Assembly (NCBI GenBank): GCA_965112735.1
Contig: OZ218957.1
Location: forward strand, 2,728,001 to 2,792,000
Direction: 5' to 3'
From: Phaeosaccion multiseriatum
Taxonomy: Eukaryota > Protista > Ochrophyta, other classes
DNA: 64,000 nucleotides
Part shown: positions 26,036-37,876 of the stretch, one piece after another
Numbering within the stretch: position 1 is the first letter of the stretch
Layout: each line of letters opens with the position of its first letter
Notes under the pieces: generated by a model
What the model saw: the letters and a program-made list of their open reading frames with translations, nothing else
The model's database searches: none
What the model was told of the DNA's origin: nothing
Translations under genes and position numbers: made by a program

Positions 26036-27022
26036 ATGGGAGAGGCAGAGGGATCAAAGAGGCAGCGCCTGAGCAGCAAGCAAGGCGTAGGAAGGAATGC
26101 CGCACCTCCCGAGGAGACCTACGAGGCCAGTGTCAGGGCCTTGGGGATGGTAGAGGTGCTGGGGAGAGTCATGCCCCTTGTGGGAAAGGGCCACCACGTC
26201 TTCGTCGCCACCGTGTGCAAGGATTGGCAAGAGCAGTATGTGATGGTGTTTCCTTCACTCGAAACCTCCCTTCCGAGCCTAGTGGCGTCGGTACAGCGGG
26301 TGCGGTGGGCGAAGGAATGTGGGTACGAGCTGAGTGTGGGCACTTTCGACGCGGCAGCCGAGTTCGGAGATGTGAGTGTGTGCAAGGAGCTTTACCGCAT
26401 GGACTGCCCCTGGGATACAACAGTCTGCGAGGCAGCTGTGAGGAATGCTAGGCACGGGCTGCGTATTTTCAAGTGGCTACGATACGATGACCTCCCTGAA
26501 AAGGAATGCTGCCCTTATGTGCCAGCTGGCGTAAGTGGGGAAGCTGGTAGATGCGGCAATGTGGAGGTTGTGAAGTGGCTGCTCTCTGACGAGTTTCACA
26601 GTCACGATCTGTGGTTGGAAGCTGTGAAGGCGGGGCATATTAACGTGCTGGAAATGATGGTGCAGCACCCCAAGGTCAGGGCTCAGATGGAGGTGGCACC
26701 GGATTACGACGGGTGGAGAAATGGGGCTAGATGGGCGGCCCAGGAAGGCAATCTGGAAGTGCTGCAATGGCTGCATGTAAACGCACAGGAGCTGTGCGCT
26801 TGGGATGAAATTGTCAGTTATAACTCAGTGTATTTCGCCAAGAGCCTCTCCGTCCTCAAATGGCTCCGATCAGACGAGGTCGTGTGTCCCTGGCATGGGG
26901 GGGCATGCCCACAGTACTTGAAAGACCGCGATGGTGCTGGATGGGATATGCCCCCTGCCGCCTTGGAGGAGATGAAGCAGTGGGTACATGCCAACGGACA
27001 CCCCTGCGACTGCCAAGACTGA
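26036..27022 (+). CDS. Intronless ankyrin-like repeat protein, subtype B
   Basis: F-box-like N-terminus (VLGRVMPLVGKGHHVFVATVCKDWQ), repeats AAQEGNLEVLQWLH and CPWDTTVCEAA, C-terminus WVHANGHPCDCQD. Confidence 0.85.
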   Translation: MGEAEGSKRQRLSSKQGVGRNAAPPEETYEASVRALGMVEVLGRVMPLVGKGHHVFVATVCKDWQEQYVMVFPSLETSLPSLVASVQRVRWAKECGYELSVGTFDAAAEFGDVSVCKELYRMDCPWDTTVCEAAVRNARHGLRIFKWLRYDDLPEKECCPYVPAGVSGEAGRCGNVEVVKWLLSDEFHSHDLWLEAVKAGHINVLEMMVQHPKVRAQMEVAPDYDGWRNGARWAAQEGNLEVLQWLHVNAQELCAWDEIVSYNSVYFAKSLSVLKWLRSDEVVCPWHGGACPQYLKDRDGAGWDMPPAALEEMKQWVHANGHPCDCQD

Positions 27023-27337
27023 CCGCTTGTCCCCCCGATTCTGGGAGAGAGGTACCGGCAGCACAGAGCTGATGGACGCACTCGCAGTGTGTCAACAGTT
27101 CCCGTCGCTCAGGGGTGTTGGCAGTCGGGAGGAAGGACCGTGTGTGAGCCACAGGAAAGCATTGCCACACCCGTTGATATCAGTCTTCATTGAGAGAGGT
27201 ATAGCGGCTGCCTGATTAGAATAATATATCTTCATACTTTGATGTCAAGCAATGTCTCACATCCTCCCTTCACACGACTCAGGTCGTGCCCAACGTGACC
27301 TCTGGTCATTTCTCCCTTCCACAGAAACAAACCTTCC

Positions 27338-27442
27338 TCACTTTGTACTCCCGCTCCCGTTACCCGCGGCGCCTGTTGGCGAAGAGGAGAGCAGCGGCCT
27401 CATGAAGGGCTCCGAGCCGGCCTTCTCCTCGTCACAGGCCTA
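27338..27442 (-). pseudogene. Second displaced copy of the CNNM 3' end, including its stop codon
   Basis: ggcgcctgttggcgaagaggagagcagcggcctcatgaagggctccgagccggccttctcctc matches the reverse complement of ~49215-49312. Confidence 0.88.
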
Positions 27443-27470
27443 CTCATTGCACCCTTCACATTCAAAGGCT

Positions 27471-28493
27471 TCAGTCTTGGCAGTTGCAGGGGTGGCCATT
27501 GGCATGCACCCACTGCTTGATGGCATCAAAGACAGAAGGAGGCATTTTCAACACATCACCAAACATGTCCATCACAGTCTGTGGGCAGACAATGCTGTCC
27601 CAGGGGCACATGACCTCCTTCGATCGGAGCCATTTCAGCATGGAGAGGCTCTTTGCGGACAAGACTGCATTCGCGCAGACCGGTGCTTTCCACTCGCACA
27701 GCTCCCGCACGTTTGCGTGCAGCCATTGTAGCATTTCCAGATTGCCAACTGCGGCCGCAACGTAAGCCCCTCTATTCCACGTGCCACCTTCCTCTCCCTC
27801 TAGCGCCTCCATATGAGCTCTGACCTTGGGATGATTGACCACCCACTCCAGCACAGGAATACGCCCCGAATGAATTGATTTCATCAAAAGCATGTAACTG
27901 AATGGCGCGTCCACCTCGTCTGTGAGCAGCCACTCCAGCATCTCCAGCTTCCCCAGCTCAGCTGCTTCCTCACACACCCCTCCACCCCAGCGGCAAGGAG
28001 GCTTGCCGACCAGATCCGACCTCAACCATTGGAGGATGCTCAGTCCGTGCCTCTCATTCCTCACAGCAGCCCTACACACGCTCCAATCCAATGGACATTT
28101 TCTACGGTGAAGCTCCTCGCACACGCTCACATCTCCGTACTCAGCCGCAGCTTCGAACGTCTGGTGCACACTCAGTGCGCCTAGGTCATACCCGTACTTT
28201 CTGGCCCAGTGCAAGCGCTCCACGGACTCCACCACACTCCTGACTCGTGTTGTCTTGGCCGGATAGACATGTCTATAGTGGATCTTCCACTCCTTGCTCA
28301 CCGCCGCTACGAACAAGTTCTGACCCCCACCAGTCAATTCCATCACCAAGGTGAGCACCAAGCCCTGAGCCAGAGCCTCATCGCAAGCTTCGAAGGACCC
28401 AGCATCGCTTCCCTCGCTTACGGCAAAGGTAGTGGGATTCGGAGCAGCTGCTATAGCGGCACTGGCACCCAACGAGTCGGTGGACTTATTCAT
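27471..28493 (-). CDS. Intronless ankyrin-like repeat protein, subtype A
   Basis: LFVAAVSKEWKIHY, AAELGKLEMLEWLL, AAAVGNLEMLQWLHAN. Ends WVHANGHPCNCQD. Confidence 0.85.
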   Translation of the reverse strand: MNKSTDSLGASAAIAAAPNPTTFAVSEGSDAGSFEACDEALAQGLVLTLVMELTGGGQNLFVAAVSKEWKIHYRHVYPAKTTRVRSVVESVERLHWARKYGYDLGALSVHQTFEAAAEYGDVSVCEELHRRKCPLDWSVCRAAVRNERHGLSILQWLRSDLVGKPPCRWGGGVCEEAAELGKLEMLEWLLTDEVDAPFSYMLLMKSIHSGRIPVLEWVVNHPKVRAHMEALEGEEGGTWNRGAYVAAAVGNLEMLQWLHANVRELCEWKAPVCANAVLSAKSLSMLKWLRSKEVMCPWDSIVCPQTVMDMFGDVLKMPPSVFDAIKQWVHANGHPCNCQD

Positions 28494-28711
28494 GTTTTAG
28501 TTAAGAGAGTGAGAAATTTGGGAGGATTTGAAACTGAAAACGAGTTGTCCGACGGCGATCCTCTTGAACTTGCCTTGCACGCTTGCACCTCAAGGGTTTA
28601 CTAAAGTCTTTAAGTACCTCCCTCCCCCCTTCACTCCTCTCTCACATCCCTCCTCTCTTCTATCCATCCCTTGGTGCTGCGGACACTCCTCTGCGTCGGG
28701 CCGACGCAGCT

Positions 28712-29719
28712 ATGGCAAAGATGATAGAGGATTCCGATTCCGATTCCTCAACGATACAGCGCCTGAGCAGCAAGGAAGGCGTAGGAAGGGCACGAGAGAC
28801 CTACGAGGCCAGGGTCAAGGCATTGGGGATGGAGGAGGTGCTGCGGATAGTCATGCTCCTTGTGGGGAAGGGCCACCACGTCTTCCTCGCCACCGTGTGT
28901 AAGGAGTGGCAGGAGCACTACAGCGCGGCGTATCCTTCACTCGAGACCTCCCTCCCAAGCGTGGTGGAGTCTGTCAAGTGCGTGCGTTGGGCCAAGAAGG
29001 AATGTGGGTACGAGCTGAGTGTGAGCACTTTCGAGGCGGCGGCAGAGTACGGCGCTGTGAGCGTGTGCGAGGAGCTTTATCGCATGGGCTGCGCCTGGGA
29101 TGGTCAGGTGTGTGAGGCCGCGGTGAGAAATTCAAGGCATGGGCTGCGTGTCCTCAAGTGGCTGCGATCCGAAGACCTCCCCACAAAGAAGCGCTGTCCT
29201 TGGCTGGAATATAAGATCTGTGGGGAAGCTGGCAAGTGCGGCAATGTGGAGCTTCTGCAGTGGCTTCTGTCCGACGAGTTGGAGGACCCTCCGCATTTCA
29301 ACATGTGGTCGGAAGCTGTGAAGGTGGGGCGCATCAGCGTGCTGGAAATACTTGTACAGCACCCCAAGGTCAGAGCACAGATGGAGACGACACAAGAGGG
29401 AGACAACATGTGGAGGTTAGGGCCTTTCTGCGCGGCCGAAAAGAGCAATCTGGAAGTGCTGCAATGGCTGCATGCTAACGCACGGGAGCTGTGCAATTGG
29501 GATCAACACGTCAGCTGTAGGGCAGTTTCTGACGCCAAGAGTCTCTCCATGCTGCAATGGCTGAGATCGGAGGAGGTCATGTGTCCCTGGAACACCGCGG
29601 CATGCCCACAGTTCTTGAAGAATGCTTATGGTTACTGGTGGGATATGGCCCCTGCCGCCTTGGAGGAGATGAAGGAGTGGGTACATGCCAATGGACATCC
29701 CTGCGACTGCCAGGACTGA
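28712..29719 (+). CDS. Intronless ankyrin-like repeat protein, subtype B
   Basis: Close paralog of 26036-27022 (ETYEA.V.ALGM.EVL, GKGHHVF.ATVCK). Ends WVHANGHPCDCQD. Confidence 0.85.
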   Translation: MAKMIEDSDSDSSTIQRLSSKEGVGRARETYEARVKALGMEEVLRIVMLLVGKGHHVFLATVCKEWQEHYSAAYPSLETSLPSVVESVKCVRWAKKECGYELSVSTFEAAAEYGAVSVCEELYRMGCAWDGQVCEAAVRNSRHGLRVLKWLRSEDLPTKKRCPWLEYKICGEAGKCGNVELLQWLLSDELEDPPHFNMWSEAVKVGRISVLEILVQHPKVRAQMETTQEGDNMWRLGPFCAAEKSNLEVLQWLHANARELCNWDQHVSCRAVSDAKSLSMLQWLRSEEVMCPWNTAACPQFLKNAYGYWWDMAPAALEEMKEWVHANGHPCDCQD

Positions 29720-30668
29720 CGATATGGCATAGACATTGAGAGGGGATGGAGGTACCGGCTGTTGCGGCTGACGAATTTGCAGGGCTGGCGCACCTTGGCT
29801 GGGTCTGGGAGAGACACTGTTGGGTGCGGGCAACAGATCGAGTGCTGCACCATTGAGCCCCTCGGGAGGGTTGCGCCCTTAGATTTTCTTGACGGGGCTT
29901 CGTTCTCTGAGGAACAATAGGGGCCCATCGAGGCTTCAAAAAGGCATTTCGCTTCGATTCCCTCTTTTCCCGAATGGATGGGGTAACGTAACCAACCCCT
30001 CCCCAGAAGGGAGCACAAACTTTTTTGAATGCATTTGATCTTAACTGAGATGACAAAAGAAAATATGATGCCTTTATATTAACCTTTGGCCATTGTGATG
30101 CAAAAGCACCGGCACGACAGAGAGGAGCTCTGCCGTGCCGTCAGCCTCGCCTGGCGCTTAAAAAATCAATGTATCTGTCTGTCTACTACACACGTTTGGA
30201 ATGGCGTACAGAATGGTAAGGGCAGCAGCTTACCGACTTCCCACAGCCAGTCTCCTGGCAGAGTCAGCGGCGCCGGCCGGCCACAGACGCGAGAGGTAAG
30301 AGGTCTCCCTCCTCCTCCTCCGCCTCTGTCCTTGAAAAGTACCCTTCCACTCCATCACCCGCTCCGGACCACTTGTCCTTTTCGGGTCGACTTCTTTTTT
30401 ACCACGAGCCAACTAGAGGGGTCCTCCCCTGGCCCAGCTTTCAGTCAGCCTACTACAGGCACCACTCCTTCCACATACCCCATACCTCGTCCTCCTCCTC
30501 CTCCTCTTCCTCCTCCTAGCTCGTCGTCCTCCTCCTCCTCTTCCTCCTCCTCCTCGTCCTCGTCCTCCGCCTGCTCCTCCCCGTCCTCCTCCTCCTCCTC
30601 CCACTGCTGGAACTACTGCTGCTCTCTCCTGTGCACCCACACGCACACACGCACGCACGCACATGCCA

Positions 30669-32112
30669 TCACGAGAGCAGCCTGCGCATCTCGGTGACAG
30701 TCTCCTCAAGCAAGGCCTCGAGCACATCATCAGCAAGTTCGCACTTCATCTCCAGCTCCTCCGCTGAGTGGTACAGCCAAGCCTCCAGCTCCAGCCGAGC
30801 CCCCCCGCCCCCACCCCCACCGATACCGCTGCCTTCCTCATCAAGCCTCCTTCCCACCTTCCCCTCCCCCTCCCCCTCCTTCCCATGCGGATGTACCACC
30901 AACTGCTGCTGTTGCTTGGCACCTAGCCCCTTTCTCTCTCCTCCCTTCCCTCCGCCAGTACCGGTAGCACCAGCGGCGGGGATGGGCTTGGTCTCTTGCT
31001 GCCGCCGCCTGGCTGCTCTCGACGAGGCAGAGGCAGAGGCAGTGAACGAGGATGAGGCAGAGGCTGAGGCGGAGGCAGCGGAGGAGGAGGAGGAGGAGGA
31101 GGAGTGCCGCTGCAGTGCCCTCCTCAGCAGCTCCTCCGCCTGCTGCTTGCTACCAAAGGCCCTGTAGCCCTTCATACAGTGCACCACCCGCCCCGAGGGG
31201 CGCTCCCATGGCTCGGGCATGCGCCGTCCTCTCTGCTCCATCGCCAGCGCCTCGTTCATCGCGTCAAAGAGCGTCCGTTGGTGCGCCGCATACACCAAGC
31301 GCGCGGAAGGGTCCTCCGAGTCCGAGAACGTTCTCCGTGCCGCCCTTGCCTGAAGCTTGTGCAACACCGCGACGGGAAGCACCGGTCGAAACAGGTCCTC
31401 ATCCCCGGGAGGGTTGGCGCTGCTGCTACCACTGCCCCAGGGCGGGCGGGCCTCAGCCGCAGCCGCAGCAGCGTCGCTCATGGCGTCATTAAGCTCATCC
31501 AAAGACACCGCCTCCAGTGCCTCTCGCACGATAAGCCCCATGTCTTCGTCGGGAGGGATGGCCGGGGGCGGGGGCGGCGGCGGTGGGGGCTCCACTGCCT
31601 TACTGGTGGTGGTGGTGGGAAGGAGGGGCGGCGCCGTCGTCTTGCTGCTCACGCTCGCAAAGTCGTACATGTCGTCCTCCTCATCCTCCTCCTTCTCCTT
31701 CTCGTCGTCTCGGTCGTCGCCGCTCTGTGAATGGAGCACCGCTGGTCTCCGAGTTGTGATACCCTTCGGGAGCAGCTTGGGGAGGGCCGCCAGAGACGAC
31801 AAGGAGGAGAGCGGAGGGGCAACAGTTGGTGATACAGCAGCAGAAGCCGCCGCCGTCGGAGAGGGGAGGTCGCTGCTGACCGCTGCTGCCTCTGCCTCCT
31901 CCTTGCTCTTCGTCGCCCTCTCTACCCTCTCTGGGCGCGTGTTGCTCCCTCCCCCTCCTTGGAGCCCTGCTGCCATGCTGTCTTGCACGAGTGACTGTAG
32001 AAGAGAGTCCGCGATGGCATGTGCCTGTCGCTGTTTCTTCTTCTTCTTCTCGTCCTCCTCCTCCTCCTCCTCCTCCTCCTCCCCCTCCTTCTTCCCCAGC
32101 TCCCGCTGTTGC

Positions 32113-32151
<39 letters not shown>

Positions 32152-35100
32152 GGCACCACCTCGACGGGAAGAGAAGCAGCGCCTCCCTTCTCTGGGTCTG
32201 GTTGGCGTCGCCCTTGGGCTTGGTCTGGTTCTTCCGCCCCCTCCACGTATCCGAAGCCTCTCTCAGCAAACGCAGATGGCGGTGCTGCCGAGGCGGAAGG
32301 ACTCGATTGTCCTTCCTCCGCAGCACTTTCCGCAGCAGATTCTGCTGTTTGCGCTTGGTCCGGAGCAGTTCCGGGGGGCATTCGCAACACAGAATCGGGG
32401 CTGCGCGCCGACTCCACGTGGCCAAAGTTGGCAAATCGGTGTGCCCCAGCCGCTGCAGTCTTTGGTGATACAGCAGCAGCAGTAGTAGCAGGAGGGGCGG
32501 TGGCCGCAGCAAGGGTGGCTCGCTTTAGCCGGCCGCGCTGCAGAGCCTGAATTTGCATGGCTGTTGTATCACCAACCGCTGCTGCTGTGACGGCGGCGGC
32601 AGCGGCGGCGGCCTTCTCCTTCTCAGCCTCACCACCACTCTTCTCCTCCTTCTCCTCCTTCTCCTCCTCCTCCTCCTCCTCCTCCTCCTCCTCCTCCTCC
32701 TCCTCCTCCTCCTCCTCTACTCGCCCCCCCGCCTCGTCAGGACCCTGTGCGGCCTCCACATGCGAGAAGGCGTTATCTGTGAATAGTCCTTCACTCTCCA
32801 CACTGCCCGCAAGCGCCACCCTCGCCTTCGCCGCAGCAGCTGACTCTGCCTCTACCTCTGCTTCAGTCTCAGCCCTTGCCGCTTCCACGGCCACGGCTGC
32901 TGCCTCCTTCTCGGCCTCTCTCGCGTCCGCCAATGCTGCTGCTCGGGCCTCAACCTGTTTCGCTGCCTCTGCTGCTGCTGCTGCTGCTACTGCTGCTCTT
33001 TCTTCCTTCTCCTTCTGTACGGCCTCCTCTGCTGCTGCTTGAGCTGCTGCCTCCTTCGCGTTCTCTGCCGCTTCAGCTGCTGCTTCTTGCTTCTCTTTAT
33101 CTGCGGCTTGGGCTTCATCTGCGACGACTTGTCGAGCAGCCTCGTCTTCCGACTCGTCCGCCGCAGTCGCCTCCCTCGCTTCATCTGTTTCGTCTCCTCC
33201 TCCTCCTCCTTCTACTAGCTGGTCAGGCTGGCTTGCTGCCTCCACGTGCTCGAAACCACTTCCTCCAAAGCCCGCCGCTGTATCCTCTTCTTCTCTCGCC
33301 TCGGTCACCTCCTCCACCCCCTGCTCCTCCTCCGTCTCAAACCCCTCCTCCCGCCCCGTCTCCTCCCACTCCTCCTCTCCCACCTCTGACCCCCCCGAGT
33401 CTGAGGCGCCATCTCTCCCTCGCCCATATGCCTGACCCTGTCTGTCAACTCCACCGTCCCCTCCGTCCCAGCGAGGGGAAGGAGTATCGCCATCAGTAGT
33501 AGCCGGGCCACCACTCGCACTCTCTCCGGCGAGAGCATCAGTTTCAGTTCCAATTTGAGTAGTCGGATGGGCCGGGGAGGCGTCCTCGACGTGCGCGAAG
33601 CTCTCTGGGGCGAAGAACGATTGAGTCTGCCGCTGCTGCTCAGGTACATTCACGCCTTCATCACGTGTTGGTTCTTCTTCCTCTGCGGAAGACAAGGACA
33701 AGCTTGTGTCTGATGGTGGCTCTTCTTCGCTCCCTTCCTCGGCTACCTCGGCACCTTCGGGGCTCAGCGCTTCGACGGGCTCCTCCTCCTTAACGTCAAC
33801 AGTGGCATCATCGTCGCCAGCCTCAAGCTGCTGCTGTTGGCCTTGATCCATGACTCCCTCCCCCTCCTCCTGTTCCTCCTCCGGCTGCTCTGCCTGCTCC
33901 CAGTACTGGAAACCAGTGCTCTCAAACTCCTTCTTCTTCCGCCCTTGAGGAGCACTCGCCCCACTCTGGCCACTCTGCTCAATCTCTCCACCATCGTCCC
34001 GCCGACCCTCGACGGCGGTGCTCTGCTGGGGGAGGTCGCCGTCCTTGAAGGCAGCAGTCACCTCACCACCCACCTCAACCTCGTCCTCCTCCTCCCCCCC
34101 CTCCTCGGCAAGAAGCTCCTCGGAAATCTCATCGGACACTTCTTCGGACGGCAACCCCGATGAGAAATCGTCTAGAGAGTCGTCAGGACGGCTCAGGCTC
34201 AGACGGCCCCCTTCCCCCCCTTCTTCCTCCTCGCCCTGCAGAGCTGCACCCCCACCATCCTGCATCACCAACTGCTGCTGCTGTCGCCCCTGCTGTTGTT
34301 GCTGTGGTGGTTGTTCCTGGTCCTGCTCTGCTTGCTCCTCTCCCTCTCGTGCCCCCTCCTCCTCCTTCTCCTCCTCCTCGACGAAGGACTCACCGTATCC
34401 GTCCGACGAATACCTCTCCTCCTCCTCCTCCTCCTCCTCCTCCTCCTCCTCCTCCTCCTCCTCCTCCTCTTCCTCCTCCTCCCCCTTCTCTTCCTCCTCC
34501 CCACCCGTGAGCACAGGTGGCAAGGCTGCTTCAACAGAAGCGCTCTGCGACAGTTTACCCTGCCGAGCCTCAGACGCTGAGCCCTCTCCCCCTTCCTCTC
34601 CCTCACCCTCTCCCTTTCCTTCGGCCTCCCGCACACTCACCACCGCCTCAGGAAATCCCTCCTCCTCCTCTTCAGCGCCGACTGCCATCCCGGGTCTCTC
34701 ATCCTGCTCTGAGTCCTGCTCGACTTGCGTGCCCCTCTCAGCATCTGCCGGCTCGCCTCCTTCTTTCTGTAACCGCTGCTGTTGCTGCTCGTACATGTCG
34801 TCGTCTTGCCCGTCGTGCACTACCATCTCCTCCTCCTCATCAATCTCGTCTTCTTCAATCTCCTCCTCCTCCTCCTCCTCCTCCTCCTCCTCCTCCTCCT
34901 CCTCCGCCCCCTTTGCCGCAAGTGTCCCTCCACCCTTCGTACCTGGGGGCTCTTCGTCCCCGGTATCACCAGCAGCAGCGGCACTGGCAAAGGAGTCAGA
35001 GTAAACGGACCCCGACTCTCCTGACTGCCCCGACAGCCCACCAGGGGCGGTGCGTGACCCTGTGCTCTCCTCCGCCTCCCCCCCCGCAGGACGCGGCTTC

Positions 35101-37839
35101 TGCACGCTGTCCACGGGGTCGGGTGTGACCATTTCAGTATCAGTTTCATCCAAAGCCGCCGCCGCCGCCGCTGCTGCTGATGACGACAATGAAGGGTTCG
35201 TGGTCGTCGTCGCAGCTGCAGTCGTACCCCTTCCTCCATCTTCCCCTCCATCATCACCATCACCCTTCGATGACGCAGCTAGCAGGCGCTGTCCCTCCTC
35301 CGCCAGTGCAGCAGTGTCCTTCTCGAGGCCATCCTTCTCTCTCAGCAGCTCCTCTCTCAGCTCGTCCTCCCGAGTCCTGAGCTCTGCCCGCTTGCCGAGC
35401 AGCTCTCTCTTGGTCGTCACTCTGCGTCGACGCTGCTGCTCCTGCTCGAGTAGTCCCTCCAGAGCCGCCACGCGCGCCTCTCGCTCCTCCACAGACGCCT
35501 CCAGCGCTTCGATAGACCCTCTGTCCGACCTACGCCGCTGCCTCACTGTTGCAGCACCAGCAGTTGGTGATACAGCAGCAGCAGGAGTGGAGGTGGATCT
35601 GTCCAATGCTGCTCCTCCTCCTCCTCGTGCAAAAGAATCAGAAGTCGACTCCTCCGTGGGGCGAAGGTGGGCGGAGGCGTGGGACTGGTGGGACTGATGG
35701 GAGTAACTGTCAAAGGAGTTGCTGTAGCCGGACTCTCCTTCCTCCTCACCCCCCCCCAGCTCCTCCTCTTCAATTTCCTCTTCCTCCTCCTCCACCACCT
35801 CCTCCTCCCTCTCTTCTTCGGTCCCGATCTCAGACCTTAGAGAGACGATACTGTCGCTCTGACGTGGCGCCCCCCCCCCCTCCTCCTCTTCAATGAACGA
35901 CTCCACACTCGGCTCCTCTTCTTCCTGCCCAATCACATCCAGGTCCTCCTCCTCCTCCACCACTTCTTCCTCCTGCTCCTCCTCCTCCTCCCTTTCCTCC
36001 TCAGCCGACTTGTCCGGCTCAAAGCTGATGGAATAATCCTCAGCCCTCCCAAAGCTCACACGTCGCTCTAACGCCTTGTGCTCCACTTCCTCTCCCTCCT
36101 GCTGGCGACGTTCGTCGTCGTCGTCGTCCTCCTCCTCCATCTCTTCTGCCTTTGTCCTTGCTTCTGCAGTTGCACCACCATCACCAGCAGCAGCAGCAGC
36201 AGAAGCAACATCCCTGGCAAAAGACAGATCTCGGTCTCTGTCTCTGTCTCTGTCTCTGGGGTCGCCATAGAGCAGCTCAAACTTGCGCAACTCCTTGTAG
36301 AGGTTTGCGTCCATAGAGTGCTTCTCCACCTCGATCTCCGCCCTCGCCGAATGGTATTCCTCAGCAATTCTGCGGCTCTCCCGTTTAAAGCCTGCCGGGG
36401 ACAGCGAGGGCGAGAGCGCACCACCACCACCAGCAGGAGTTGGTGATACAGTAGCCCCTCTCTTACGGGCGCTGTTGCTGCTGCTGCTGCTGCTGCTTCT
36501 CTCCACAGAGGGTCTGCGCTGCTGCTTCTGCTCGTGGCGCCGCCTCTGATGGGTGACGCCCCTCTTGTTCCTTTGCATACTCAGCTCCAGCGCCTTCTGC
36601 TGCTTCTCCAGACGATCGAGCTGCTGTCTCCTTCGCATCTCCGCACCTTCTTCCCTCGCCTTGAGCATTCTCTCCTGATACATCTTCCTCTTTTCCAAGT
36701 CCTGGCGGTACGAGCGAACAAGCTCACTGGTGAACTCGCTAAAGCTCTCACAGTGGCGCAGCGACTTTGGATGATGGTCGTCTTGCCGCCTCCCTCCCCC
36801 CCCTCCTCCTCCTCCTCCTCCTCCTCCTGTAGCGCCATATCCAACTCTGCCGCTGCTGCTCCTTCTTCCTTCCCTACTCCCGCCCCTGGACCTGCTGTTG
36901 CTCGTGTCGTGCCGATGTGTCCATCTGTGAGGACTGGGGCTCAGGGTGGCATGCCGGTTGCGACTCCTACTGCGTCGCGGCGAGCGCTGCTGCTGTCGCT
37001 GGCGAGTCGCAACCAAGCCTCCTTGCTGTGCTGCCGTATCACCAACTACAGATGATGCCGCCGCCCTTGCTCGACGGGTGGGGGCAGCCCGACCACCAGA
37101 CCCACCTGCACTCGCACTCGCGCTCGCACTCGCTTCCTCGAAGGACTCATCCCCGTACCCGTATGACTCTACCGACTGCACCGATTCATTGCTATCGGGC
37201 TGCTGCTGTATCACCAACTGCTCCTCTTCAAGGAGCATCTGCACGGAGAGGCTCCTCCGCAGGGCTTCCTGACTGCCCACCACGTGACGAAGTTCAGCCT
37301 CCGATACAGCACTCTCCACGCTGCCAATCTCGTCGATAACATCCTCCTCCCCCACCTCCTCCTCCTCCACCTCCTCCGCCTCTTCCTCCTCCTCCACCTC
37401 CTCCGCACTTTCCTCCTCCTGTACGTGTCCGGCCCCTCTCTCGTCCTCCTGCTCGCTCTCCACCATCAAGGCCTTTCTTCGCTCCTTGGCAGCAGCACCA
37501 ACCACAGCAGTTGGTGATACAGCAGGACTCTCATCCTCCCCAACGTCGTCGTCGTCGTCGTCGTCGTCGTCCGATTCTTCAAAGGAGCTAATTTCGTCCG
37601 CTTCCTCTTCCCACCCGCCTCTCTTCCCTCCCCCCTGCCCCTCTCCCTGAGAGTACGATGGTCCACCGCCTTGGTGTTGGTGCTGGCGCTGCCCCTCGTC
37701 GTCGCCAACCTCTCCCCCCTCGTCCTCGAAGGGGTCGTCTGAGTACCCACCGCCTCCTGTGTCCCCCGGAGTCGTGCTGCTCTCCCCACCGCTCCTCCTG
37801 CCATCCTTCCCACCGCCCCCACTCAGGCTGCTTGTACCT

Positions 37840-37876
<37 letters not shown>

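Noticed and set aside
24511-29719. Endogenous giant-virus insertion
   Set aside because: No capsid, packaging ATPase, polymerase or other NCLDV hallmark gene. The flanks are ordinary intron-containing host genes.
37207-37219. Similarity of TATCACC to the phage lambda operator half-site
   Set aside because: No palindromic partner and a eukaryotic context. Coincidental.
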